In this document: positions 1 through 12,582 of the stretch, piece by piece
How the letters are laid out: every line of letters begins with the position of its first letter
How positions within the stretch are numbered: the stretch's first letter is position 1
NCBI GenBank assembly: GCA_965644295.1
Contig: CBFFRP010000144.1
Location: 124,001-188,000, forward strand
DNA from: Paraphysomonas bandaiensis
Lineage: Eukaryota > Protista > Chrysophyceae
Reading direction: 5' to 3'
Length of the DNA stretch: 64,000 bases
Translations under genes and position numbers: made by a program
Notes under the pieces: generated by a model
Told to the model about the DNA's origin: nothing
The model's input: only the letters and a program-made list of their open reading frames with translations
The model's database searches: none

Positions 1-3000
1 AAGCAAGTCGAATTTCAAGTCATTATCTGATGCACAGTTTATCAATATCAAGTACCATCCAGCGTAACGCTTTCTTGACAACCAGGGCTCGGATACTATC
101 TCATAGAGAGTGTATACACTCAATAACACAGCGATACAAACAGATAAGGACCATATAGGAGTTGCAACTCGTTCAAAGCGAAGAAACAAAAATGAATTGA
201 TAAGTACTAAACCCAAGGCAGTCCATATTAAAGGAGTGGCAAGCTTCATGGCGGCTTCAAGTTTTTTCATGGTTGTCAATTCACTTTTGCCTTGCCGAAG
301 AAGCCCTGCTCGACGATAAAAATACTCTGTGGAATTATTTTAGAAAAGGCAGAATATATTGATATATTACCATCGATGATAAGTGGTACACGAATCAGAC
401 AGTTTTGGAATAAGCGATACAAACATAATACAAATTGAATAGCAACAAGAATACTCATAACTACTCGAGCACTGTCCGACGCATACTGAGGGTTGGAGTG
501 ACCTGTAAAGTACCCTTTCTCAAGAGATATAATAACAAGAAAATTAATGATGCAGGAAACTCCTAAGATAGCCCGGGACAATTCATCTTGAAACAGCAAC
601 AAAGGCTGCAGATTAAGATCAGTGAGATGCATCTTAAGTTTCATTTCCAAATTAACGGATCTTGTCATACCCAGAAAGTAAGTAACTTTATCATCATCTG
701 TATAGTCAATTTTATTGATGAGTTTTTCTCTCATTTCTTTGGACAAAAAAGAGCTTTGTCGAGGCTTTACGAAATTTACAGAAAACAGACCTCTTCCGGC
801 CCACATTATTTCAACACTTCTCAGGTTATCGTCCAGCTTTGAGTGCATATTAAATGCACGAATCGATTCTTTGTGCCGTTTCAGTGCCACTCTGTACTCA
901 GATTCAGTACTGAATTTGCTCCGGCGGACTGGTTGTGGCTGGTGAGGCACAAATTCGGTGTAGCTCAGCGGAAAGTAGCGTTGATAAGATCTCATAAGTT
1001 CCATTGTCAAATAAGCCTCGGTTAATACATTACCGGCGGCTTTCCAGAGCATTTTCTCAGGGTGTACCATTTTTTTGTACTAAATACAGTGATATTACGG
1101 TAAAAGTGCATGGTGTATCCGCATACCATTTTCTCAACAGTTCTGTATTCCTGATAAATCTCGTTTTGCCGCCGAATAATGCCCCTAGCAACAGCTTATA
1201 ACAGTGACTGCAGATGTGTAAACGTACCCAAGGCCTTCATATCTTGTGATGATAGCACATACTGGGTCACCTTGTCGGAGTCTCCTCCCTTCAATGAAGC
1301 TGACTCGCAAAAGCATAACTGCAGCTTTCAAACGTTTGATTGTCGGAAAAGAAATCTTCAATCTCCTATTACTGGGGGATACATCGGGCGGAGGCTCATG
1401 CAACTTGTCATTATCAGATATATTGAAACCCGTGCAAAACCATATCCTGTCCAAGATGTCTAGTAGCAGGGTATTCGAGCCTAGAACAACCTGATTCCTA
1501 GCACATGGTCCCTGCACTGCCTCTATAAAGAAATTAATAATTGAAAAAACAACTTGGGCATCCTCGTAAGTTAGTTCCTTTACAGAAGGAATAGATGGTA
1601 CAAATTCATTTAATAATACTATTGAATGCGAAAGTAATCCGAGAGACTCTGCAGAATGAAGCTTAGCAGTTTCATATCCCTGGTACTCCATCATCAATTG
1701 CATATCATAATAATGTCCTTCACAGAGAAGTTGAAGAAATCGGAAGAAATTTACCATTGATATCGGGTCCAGAGTCTGGGCATGTGGATCCGCATCAGTA
1801 GGAAGTGGTCTACTGTTGGCCTCAATTTCATCGATTCCATCAATCTCATTTTGCTCACGTAGATGCGACCTAGCGATATTGATATCCTTCCTAATATTAA
1901 TCATATGTGTTATTTCTTCTCGCAATACTTTGAAAAATACGGGACACAAGGAGCTATCGCGTAAGTACTGAAGCAAGCTGGCCTGACACTCGCGTTTTCC
2001 GTTAGCAAAGTACTCCAGACCAAACGAAATACTTTGATACTTAAGAATTTGGTAGTTCGACAATGCAATAGTTTCGACCACTAGAATGCCAGCAGAATTG
2101 GCAGTCATCATCAGCTGCATATCTTCAAAAATGCTACTGTCATTTACAGCGTAATTCATTTTCTGATCGGAATCTGATATTTGCATTTCTGAACGTGATC
2201 GACATTCTCTCAGAGCTTCCGTTAAAATAATTAGTACATACTCCAAGTTCCGCATGCACTTATGTCGACCGTAGATGCGCTCGCCTTTCCGAGAAATCTT
2301 TTTCACCATCTTAGGCGGTAGTGGACTATAAAAGTCGCTTATATACGTTCCGACCGGGTCATCCTCCCCTTGAGCACTGCTAATACGAGCGACTTGTTCC
2401 CGGCAGTAAGCAACTAATCTCTTTACAAGTACAGGGAAACTAATAATATCACCCTGAGATGAAGTCGACTGCTGCGCGCCTGTCACCGTAGAAGTATCGC
2501 GATCACTCGAGGTTGCAGTTGCATTCCTGGTCTCCATAGCGCCTGTCTTCTGCGTGGTATCACCCATGTTTGCTACCAACGGTTCATTGATCTATACAGC
2601 GGCAGATTATATAGCTTACAGTTTTTATAACCTTTTACCTCAACAATTAAATTCACAAATGCCCTTAGTTCATCTTTGAGAAGCTACGAACCAATTTTAA
2701 ATAAGACATGATAGAATTGAAGCACAGCTAAGTTCATACCGAACGAATCAGTGGGCAATGTGAGAACATATTCTGAATGTGCTCCGCAGATTGTGTCACT
2801 GTGACTGGGAGGCTCTCTTCTGATTTTAGTTTGTTTCTATTGACACCTTCGTCACTTATAATACTCATTTCAAGATCACATTTATCAATAAATGGAACGT
2901 CATCGAGAGCTTCAAAGGATGCGCTGTAATGTTGAGCCAGTTCCACGTCAGCGGCAGGCAAATGTGATCTGACACTTTGCTGTTCGAAGTCGAAGCGTGT

Positions 3001-6000
3001 GACGCCAAGATCTTTAGCAATACTATCGACGATCTTACTTTCGTAGTCAGACAAACCGACATGGTTCAGTAATTTAGCTAATATTCTCTTCGTGTTCAAT
3101 AATACGATATCCGGTAGTCCATACCCTGTGGGCTGAATCGCAAGAGCATTTGTACTCTGAAGCAGCACAATACTTAGACATGGCAATCCAACTTCGAAGA
3201 CAAATTCACGATTCATATTTTGAAGGCTCTTTTCATCTCCCAAAACAGCACAAAAATGAGATAGCATATCCCACAGAGGTTTGAAATCAGACATGTTTAC
3301 AACGCTCTCTTTATATGCGGCACGAGATAACTCAAAACTATTTTCTAAGTAAGCGAAGCGAAGAAATAGTCCATACGCTCTCAACAGAGGAGGGCAACTG
3401 TATACCTTACTGCTGTTGAGGACGTCAAAGACTGTGTCAATGGGAACGATCGCGAGGCATCGAGTAGCTGTACTGACATGCTTGTTACCTGCACAACATA
3501 ATGCCAAGATTTCGACACATTCCGCATGATAGAGCAGCTTCATTTCCTTCGTCTTTGAGCCCATTATCTCTGGAGAGTCAAATTTTAGGTCACAGGGGTA
3601 TTGCTTCGAGTATTCTTCAATCAGTGCAACTCGTTCGAACCTAGGGTCCGAACGGTATCTGCGAGTATCAAACAGTTCAACCCTATTCCTATTGCCGTTG
3701 GCAAGAATTTCATTCAAGATAATGTCTTGATTTTGATGAATTGGTTTACGGTTCACGCGTAAAAAATGTTTAAAAAGATTTGTAATGCAGGACACCTGGC
3801 CACAGTTATTCTTCTCAAGATTTACAATTGATATGGCTTTGCTCACAATCGATGCAACAGGAATATATAAGAGTCTGAAATCAAAATCACGGAATATTTG
3901 CTCCATAACCTGCAATTTATCAACAAAAAATATATATACAGCATTTCATTTACCTGGATTATACAGAAGTTACCATCAAATTTATTGTTGATACCAGGAA
4001 GTAAGTGTGGCACTATTGGAACAAGAACTTTTTTGTTCTCAGCGTTGTTGGCACAAAACACCCGCAAAAAAGATCCGGCAGCCACCCACAGGTTGGTCAT
4101 ATGTTCTAAATCACATGATGCTTTACTGTAGGTGCTGTATATTCCATGTATCACAATACGAACAGCAGGAGTATAACCCTTCATAACTCTGACAGATATC
4201 ACGTTACCCAATAAAAAAAGTTACGGATAATACCTCATCATATTTTGTAGATAAGGGCAAGGGTCAGAATCAGTAGGATACTTCATCACATCACGGAGGG
4301 AATTGATATTAGCAATCAAACATTCGGTAATGGTTTCGGTGAGCGGAATCTGAAAGCTGATCGGTAAATCATTTTCCAAGGTTTTAAGCGTATTTCTGTT
4401 CATAAAGTCTCACCACACTCTTGGAATTCAAAAATGCTTTACCTCAACTTAACAAGGTGTACCAATTGAGATTCGGTTGCTAAGACCAGTAAGCTGGATG
4501 CCTGCTCAATAAATTCATGTGCTTGGCCTGATAAACATGCCACAGTCAGTCCATGTACCAATCAGCACACAACTGCAGTACCATGATGACGCCTCATTAA
4601 TGTCAGTGCGCGGTCGCACAAATCATGGTCTTTGTCTAGCACTAAAGAAAAAAGCTGCTTTTGGAAATCATCGTCGTCAAATCCATACTTTTGCATTTCT
4701 CGCATCAGTGAGTTAAAAGCCCAAATCTTTTCTAACTCCTCCTTACCACGATCAGTTAGTCCAGTGAACTCTGGAGCATCTGCTGAGGGCTGATAAACTT
4801 GCCACCACACATCGCTGGCACCACCGTCTGGCGTTTGAAACTTGGGGAGCGGTAAAACATAAAACATACTGCAAAATTTAGTCAAGGAAGCGTCCAGTAG
4901 CAAATCATATACGCCGGACAGAATATCTAATGTCTCAACTAGGCAAGCAACAGAAACATGCGCCAGTTGCTCTTTGCCATCATCCAGGATGGAGGTTTCT
5001 GTATTTCGTAAATTTATTTTCTTGTTTGATGTAGAAGATGCTTTCTGCCCCAGGGGTACTCGTTCAACCTCCCGCAATATCTATGAAAAATATGGCGTCA
5101 GAGATAAAACACGCTATAGATTTTGTACCTTCTTAAAATCGAATGCACCATCTGCATTAGTTCCACCGGCAGTGCATATCCGCATCAGAGTCTGCCTTGA
5201 GTACCCTTGCTCTATTAACCCGTCGATAAATTCTTCTGCTGTCTTTTCACGACGCCCTCTCTCCCAACGACGCCGACGAACATTGCTAGTGATGAACTTT
5301 TGTGGAGAAAATTCATAGGACCAGTCCACGGCATAAAACCACCCTTCCGAATTCTCTGCTCGCATAAAATCCGACGACTCTGCGTCTTTTCCTTTTCGAA
5401 CAGAAGGTTGTATATGCCTATAGAACGTGTGAGATATACGATTTAAAAGAATATACCAACCATTCGTCCAGCCATATCCATGTCGCATCTGGCAAGCCAA
5501 GATCTATAGCGACGTGGTCCTCAATTGTGTGACTATGATTGTATATAGCCTTTAGATTTGGATTTGGGGTAGAATAGGGCCCCCTATGTGATAGGACAGA
5601 TTCCAGTTGGTACTTGAGTCCAAACCAACTGAAAAAACGCTTAAGACAGTAAAATTTTAGGGATTCTTATACCACAAACCGTTGATTTTCATATATATGG
5701 TCTACAACAAATCCAGGAGTCCTTAAACTGTCATGACGCTGACAAAGGCGAGTTAATTCGGAACCTCTCCGTTGCTCTCGTTCCAACATGTTTGACTCAT
5801 TGAACGCTTCATCAATGCCGAGAAACGATGATCGGATGTTATCTTTGGTCTCTCCAGCATCTGGAGAGAAAGGTGTCTGGGAGTCGAACCTCCGTAATGC
5901 GGCAGACATATTTTTCGTAGACAAAGTGTCATTTCCATCCGTAATGTTATCGTCTGAATCAAATCCTTGTAACATATTGTAATTGTTTGCTGTAGACGGT

Positions 6001-9000
6001 TTACTGTTTTGTTCGCGATAAATCAAACTTCTCAACTTCGTGTCTTTAGCTGATATAGCAGATGATGCCGAATTACTTCGCCTACGAATAATTTTATCTG
6101 GGATTTCGCTTTCAGAGTTGACCACATCTACAACGTCATCATCTTGCTGCTCATTACCAACAGATGAATTTACAGCTTCAAAATTGCAGCTATCTCGAAT
6201 TCTGTGGGATGAAAGAACCACAAGACCAACCGCGACAATATCGAGTAGGCGGTCTATGTTCACGTAGAAGCCACATCTCAACAGGCAACGCATCATTTGA
6301 AGAAGCGAATGCGAAAGTTTAAAGTTATCCAATTCTGAGCCACCCCTAACGTTTTTTGGAGCAGCCAAGTTCATTCTGGATTTATTTAATTTGGCTCTAT
6401 CACATCCCAAAAAATAGTCGGCTATTCCATCCTGAATATCACGAAACTTGTCGTTGTCAGAGTTGAGCACGATCGACTGATGCTGCTTCAGATAATCAGA
6501 ATATGGCACATATTTTACATCGTCATTTCCACTTGTACCGATTTCAACTTCAGCATTCATTCCAATCGCAGCCATCGCGCTCACGAAGCACATACTATTT
6601 GAAAAGCTTGAGAGGGCAATGCAGCTGCAAGAAATTTAAAGTGAAGTAAACCGTAGTATCAACATACCTCTCTACACCTGTCACTTCTCGCAGCTGCACT
6701 AATGACCGTATGGGAAACGGACACAGTAGTTCCATGTGAGGATACCTGCGACAAAACTGAACAGAAAGCGGATCCATACTGTTAACGTACCTATTTATAT
6801 AAAGGTTGTGAAGCAGTCTGCAAAATGCTCTTCTGAAGGCTGAAGGTAACTTCCGTTCCTTCATGGCACTTACACACAAGGCGTAGCAAAATTGCTTTTC
6901 AAATGCACGAATGCAATGGATACTACGCAAAAATCACAGCAATAAGAGTACACGAGAGAGATATTTACCTCCGTCCAGCACACATGTTGGCGACAAGCTC
7001 ATAAACGCCTAAACAATGCATGCTAATTTGCTTTAAATGTGAGTATTTTGTCGATAAAGCAGGATCCGATTTCACTTCTTGCAGAGTTTCGTTCCACAAT
7101 AATTTTGGGTCGCCCATCCAAAACTTATAGCAATTCTCAGGATCAATGTGCCACGCCAGGTCTACCAAATTCACCCACATCAGCGACTTCTTTTTCAAAC
7201 CAATTTGATGAAAATATCGACATAAATCAAATCCTGGTGGGGCAAATATATATGGTAAACCAAGAGTCTCTGGGTCAAAAAATAATTCACTTCCCACATT
7301 ATCTCCAAGAACGTAGCTAGAAGAGCCATTCCATGTTACATATATAGATGCCATCTGCTTGGGAGAATCGCTTTCACTGTTCAAATTATACGTAGTTTCC
7401 ACCATAAGACCCAATCTATTGTCCATATACATTCTATGATCTCCTTTAGAATAGAGTACATTCAATAAGAGGTCTTGATTGCTCAATATAGCTCGCTTAG
7501 GAGATGATGCTATGGAGGCAAGTAGTTTCAGTATGGGCTGCGACGGGCCACGTTGGCGAAGAACTTTTATGCAATCGAGAACAAAACTTCCACACACAAG
7601 AGACATAAGTAGACTCTTATTTTCCATAACTACGGTCTGAAATATCATCGGCACATGAGGGTTGTACTCCATTATGCTGTTCATAAAAATAAGGTACCCA
7701 AAAGTCTCCTCCGTTTCTTGGTTCTCCTGGGTGGAATTTTTTGCTCTCCACCCCGAAAACGAGCTGCGGGCAATATAGTCCTGCACTACAGGATTATTCC
7801 ATGCACAACATATTAGAGCGTGGTTGATCATGTCGAATATAACTGCGGTATCTGGCTGAGTTTCTGTGTCACACTCCCAACCGGGACCAATACAATAGGG
7901 TAGCCGTAGTACCCAAAAGAGACGATCGATAATAGACATGTGCTGTGTAATTAACTGATTTCTTGCTCTTGCCTCGTCAGAATAATAATCCACATCAATG
8001 TCAGCCTCAGCCTTTAAAACGTCACTGTTCCTGTCTGCCAAATCCACTGGATCGCCGTTAGGCGACTTCGAATGGAGCTTGTGATCAACTCCAATTCGGA
8101 CAAATTTAATGATTGCATTCAGAACAGTCTTTATTTCATGTACTGCATCTGTGTGCAGTTTAAACATACTACCACCACTCTTATCAAGCTTCAAACAACA
8201 CGCATCCTCAAAGTCGTCGAAGTAACTATGGATAACCAAGCAGGCGATTATAAACTGTGATTCCAAAAAAATCACAGGGTCCAATCGCACAGCATCGCTC
8301 TCTTTCACTCGACTGACGAACTTAACCTCAACTTTATGAGTTTCCGACATATTTCCTTCACTATTGTTTAACATAAGATCATTACTTCCCTCATCGCCAT
8401 CAACTACATGTGATATACATGGATACGGGGTCTTCTTAGCGCGAGGCCGGCTCAGTCCAACACTGAGCGTGGCAACCGGTAGTGGCATCACAAAGTAATG
8501 CTGTCTGAACTCATACGGAACGCAGTGACCGTCAATTTCTACAAGGATTCCGGACTTAGCACTTCGCATATAAGACATGGCAATTGCAAAATACTTCTCG
8601 TCCGGTGGTAATATCGGTGGATGTTCAATTCGTACAGTGGCATCTTTCCAACTTACAGACTTGCCAGCAGAGCTTGACGTCGACCGGAACTGAAATATTG
8701 TGGCATACATGAAGTTTAAAAAGTTTGCATTAGATACTTTTCCCCAACGAGAGGGCTTGATTAGCTTAGTGGAATAGCAGTTTGCCCCTGATCCAGCGCA
8801 AGTAACTGCCAAATAGCATCCTGAAGCAACATGCCGCAATCGGTAGAAAGTATTTTCTCCGGCTGTATCTCCAGCCCAAAAAACAGGACCACCTTGTAAA
8901 ACAGACAACTTCTCTACTCGAAATATAGTTTTCATACTGCTTGCAGAAATGGGGTCATTCACACTGAATTGAGGCATCTTATTCCCAAAGAAACCTGAAT

Positions 9001-10153
9001 TAGAACTAAACGTGGACTGGGACATGTCTCCTGCGGAGTCAACACGTCTTTGACTGAAATGGGGTCTGTCGAATACAGTACTCTTACATGAACCCCACAT
9101 GTACCCATTCACATGGAGGTGGTGGAGACGAACAAAGTCGCCCACTTGTAAATAACTTGAACTTGTCCGACGATTCCCGAAATAATGAATCCTCCACGAC
9201 GACGTACCCTTGTCTGCATTTCTCTCATCAACAGTCTCAGGAGCACACAAGTTAGCCTCAATCCTGCGAAGGTTACCCAGAGTGTCCAGGCCAGGATTGG
9301 CCAGAACCGATCCACATCCTCCCATATGTAGATCCAGTCCGAGACTTTTATTTGTGATCACCACCTGCTCACCATAATGCACAGCTCCGCCATTGCGTAG
9401 ATTGTACTTTGTTCTCATTGTAAAACGGGTTCCTTCAGAGCCGACAGTCTCAGCCCCTGGTGGGAGTATACTGAGCTTCAGGCAATCCTTCTCCACATCT
9501 GCTATCACATTCCGGGATCCCCACAGATACATTCCAGTATAATGCTGCATGAGCATGAAGGAATCGCCCTGCTGTACTATCCGACCGACGACACTATCAT
9601 CGAGCTCAGACTGACTGTCTGCACCAATCGGACATAAGCAAAACATACACAGCCAAGGCTGATCCACATCCAACTCATCTGTCACACAGAGCACATAGCT
9701 CCTTCCGATAATGACAGAATCCGTACATAGTATTCCATTCAAATCATTACTTTCCTTCTCATCAACATCGGAAAAAGTAGGGCATAAGTAAAAGACATCG
9801 CCATATTTAATCGGCTGGAGCTTCTGCGTCTCCGGGATAGTGTGACACTCACTTCGGCGTGGCTGAGATCTATTATCGGTCGAAATACTGGTAGCGGACA
9901 AGCCGAGTTCGGTGAGTCTTCGCTTTCCCTTATTTCCTATATTAATGGTTTTCTCGAAAATCGTTTTCCCCAGTGACTCTCCTAACGTCAAGAGCGTTTC
10001 ATTCTGTTTCTCTTGAGGTTTGTTACTGGTAGTTTCTCTGTATGTGTGATATGCATCTCCTAGAGGCCCCTTTACTAACAAAAGCGAACTACTCTGAGGA
10101 GCCTTCAGGATCTCCAGATCTGATCTATCATATGGATCGTCTGTTTCAGCCAT
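1..10153 (-). CDS. ITPR: Inositol-1,4,5-trisphosphate/ryanodine receptor-like Ca2+ release channel; multi-exon; C-terminal pore region lies beyond the left edge
   Basis: Collinear minus-strand ORFs joined by short GT-AG introns. MIR/beta-trefoil motifs (VGDFVRLHHLHVNGYM, YRLRHVASGCYLAV), RIH-like NQDLLLNVL and NQDIILNEIL, LALCCAGN, RIH-associated FFRFLQLLCEGH and FFIEAVQGPCARNQ, then hydrophobic transmembrane segments below ~600. Confidence 0.88.
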
Positions 10154-11488
10154 CTCTAATGGCGATCAACACTTCATATACAAGGACTATCACCGACTTT
10201 CAACATGTGAGACAAATATATACGTGAGGGAGATGTGAGACGAGGACAGGGACTAGCCGATTGATACTCCGCTGTGTACACTGTAAGTAGATGGAGAGTA
10301 GTACAGCAGTATACCGCTATACCGATGTATCCAGCTCCTGTTTGCTTTGTACGACAAGAAAATCCACATACAGAAGGAATGCCCGTTTTTTTATACCAGG
10401 TTTACGACGATTTTCGTATGAACTGGCTGTCTGTCCTCATTATCTTCTTGAAGGACTTATTCTTTAGTTGAATTGGTGCAGCAGTGGACTCTGTTGTTAT
10501 TGCAGTAATGAGGTAAGGATAAAGTATTGTCTATAAGGGGTCTGTTATTTATTACCATTGCAAACAGTGAGTGCGGAGTAGACACATATTTGAGCATGAA
10601 AGAGTTGATGAGTAGATTTATGAGACGATAATTCGCTATTCTTACAATAGTGATAGTTCATGTCGCTAGCTTTTGGATGATCAACTATGTAGCACCGTTT
10701 CACCAAACATATTGTGGAAGAATATTCCGAAGGGTGGTTCAATTCACTTAAAAGTTAGCCTGGTTCGATAGCAGTACCTCCCTGTGGTGTAATCGTAATG
10801 TATTAGACCAGTGGTAAATGTTTCGATTTGAAAACGAATGCAGATATTTTCTCGATAATTGCTCATCGCACGTATAGGTTGATCGACAGCTCTACCCATG
10901 GTACACTAAGATATACTTCTTTCCCCCAAGACTGATATCACGTCATTGAGCAATTGACATGTGGTTACAAGTGCACGTTGTTTACACACACTACTTTCTG
11001 CTTTTGATTACCGCAAAACTTTCAAGGTTGTTTGACAGTGGGGCCGAAGAGCACGAAGAGTATGTAATTTATTTACTCTTAAGTCACAATAGAGTGTCGA
11101 AGTTAAGCGACTTCCATATATTACGTGCGGAATATTTGAAATAAATATGTACAATGCTGGAAGGAGAGTAAGCTCTAACAAGGTATGGTGATGTGGATAA
11201 ATAGAATTTACTGAGAGTGTTTCGAACTTTATCGATGATAGGTCCTCTCGTCATCTAGGAGCAATTCATAGCGATAAGCTCGTCCGGCATCGCGTCGTCA
11301 ATTTCAACCTCAACAACCAAAATTGAATCTCCACACCAGTAAAACTGTTCAGTTTGCGTTTAGTGCCTGGTATAAGCTCTGCGTACAGACTCGTTGTTAC
11401 TCCGTAACATATCACTTATATACGTATATACTTACTGCTCTCACTGATCAGTAAGTTCCAGCTAACGGAAGCAATAGCCAAAATCGTA

Positions 11489-12002
11489 GTACTTATCCCT
11501 CAACAAAGTCGGACTCGCACCTTTTCGTGGTGTTCTGGGGGATAAGTACCGGAGAGATTCTCTCTGGGAAACTAACATGAGCCGCAAACATAGTCAGCAG
11601 ATATTCTTCTGCCCACTCATAGCCGAATGCTTGTGTGGTACAAGGGACACCAATAAGTGTCACTTGTGTAGACGTCTTTGGGCCCTGACGAATAAACAGG
11701 CATCCGGAAATGGGCCCGCCTGAAGGGCATCCGGGACAGGGCCCACCTGAAGGGTAACCGGGGTATTGGGCTGCCTGCTGAAGTCAAGCGTCCGGGATGT
11801 TCACCTTAAGAACTCAGAGCGGAAGTGCTCGCACCTTGGTGCTTGCGGCGACGCACAAGCAGCTTTCGTAGCGTTAAATAGTAGGATAAAAAAAGTGTGT
11901 ACTGATTAGTTACAGGTAGAGGTCTAACTAGTATGTCTAGCATTCATCTAGCTACTAAATCGGTGCAGGTTTTTAACGCCTACTGCTAAATAAAAGACTT
12001 TC
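11489..12002 (+). repeat. Unclassified hairpin-rich dispersed repeat, copy A (core 11489-11885 plus 3' segment 11906-12002)
   Basis: Alignable by eye with 31856-32320 and 40857-41424. Opens with the stem gtacttatccctca/tgggggataagtac. Contains 3-4 tandem ~26-nt units (ggcatccgg..gggccc.cctgaag) at ~11699-11800. Confidence 0.85.
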
Positions 12003-12034
12003 AATATATGTAGTACTTATATGTTAAGACAAGG

Positions 12035-12128
12035 CAGGCATTTATTATTTGCTGTCTCAATACTCAATATCAATTATTGAAATTTCTATAATTGAGTACT
12101 AATTGCAAATAATTTCTACGCGGCCCTG
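12035..12128. mobile_element. Degenerate ~94-bp hAT MITE of the CAGGGCTGCGTA family
   Basis: Right end tacgcggccctg matches the TIR of 15426-16150 with 1 mismatch. Left end retains only cagg. Flanks agacaagg/aggcaagg form an 8-bp TSD with 1 mismatch. Internal aattg motifs. Confidence 0.6.
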
Positions 12129-12222
12129 AGGCAAGGTGATTTGTACAAATATGGAACAGGTCGTCTACGGTCTAGTAGCCGTTTTGGGGATCGAATTAAA
12201 TCTACAACTACATAGTATATAC

Positions 12223-12284
12223 CAGGGCCTGATAACTTGTCCGGCAATTATAATGGCATTACCATTAATGGTTATCAGGCCCTG
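12223..12284. mobile_element. 62-bp hAT mini-MITE of the CAGGGCCTG family
   Basis: Perfect 14-bp TIR cagggcctgataac/gttatcaggccctg. Perfect 8-bp TSD gtatatac (12215-12222, 12285-12292). Interior is the reverse complement of the left subterminus of 23293-24796. Confidence 0.9.
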
Positions 12285-12582
12285 GTATATACTATATTAC
12301 CATGAAATCGATACCAAAAAAGCGTTCCTCTGTTACCAAAAAATCAATAATTATACCTTTGCGTTGCTAACAATCTTGCTAACTGGGTAACTAAAATCTA
12401 CATCTCACACCAATTATCAACAGCCACACTGTCATTGTACCGTTTTCAATCAATGCTATTTATGATCGCACAGATAACAGATATAGATTAGTAATTATAC
12501 CGTCGTAGTAATCAATACCATACTGTTGATAACATATTAGGAAACAGGAAACCGATGTCACATTAAACACACTAACAAGCCG

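Noticed and set aside
10545-11400. Possible transposase remnant (minus-strand TCDEQL, piggyBac-like)
   Set aside because: Only a six-residue resemblance, with no supporting motifs or termini.
11680-11745. Hammerhead ribozyme (ctgacga...gaaa...atc) in the structured repeat
   Set aside because: Stems I and II do not form properly, gaaa is gaat in copy B, and the core is ctgccga in copy C.
11817-11870. Group II intron domain V (GNRA hairpin with AC bulge)
   Set aside because: There is no AGC/CGC triad at the proper stem position, the stem is too short, and there is no domain VI or RT ORF.
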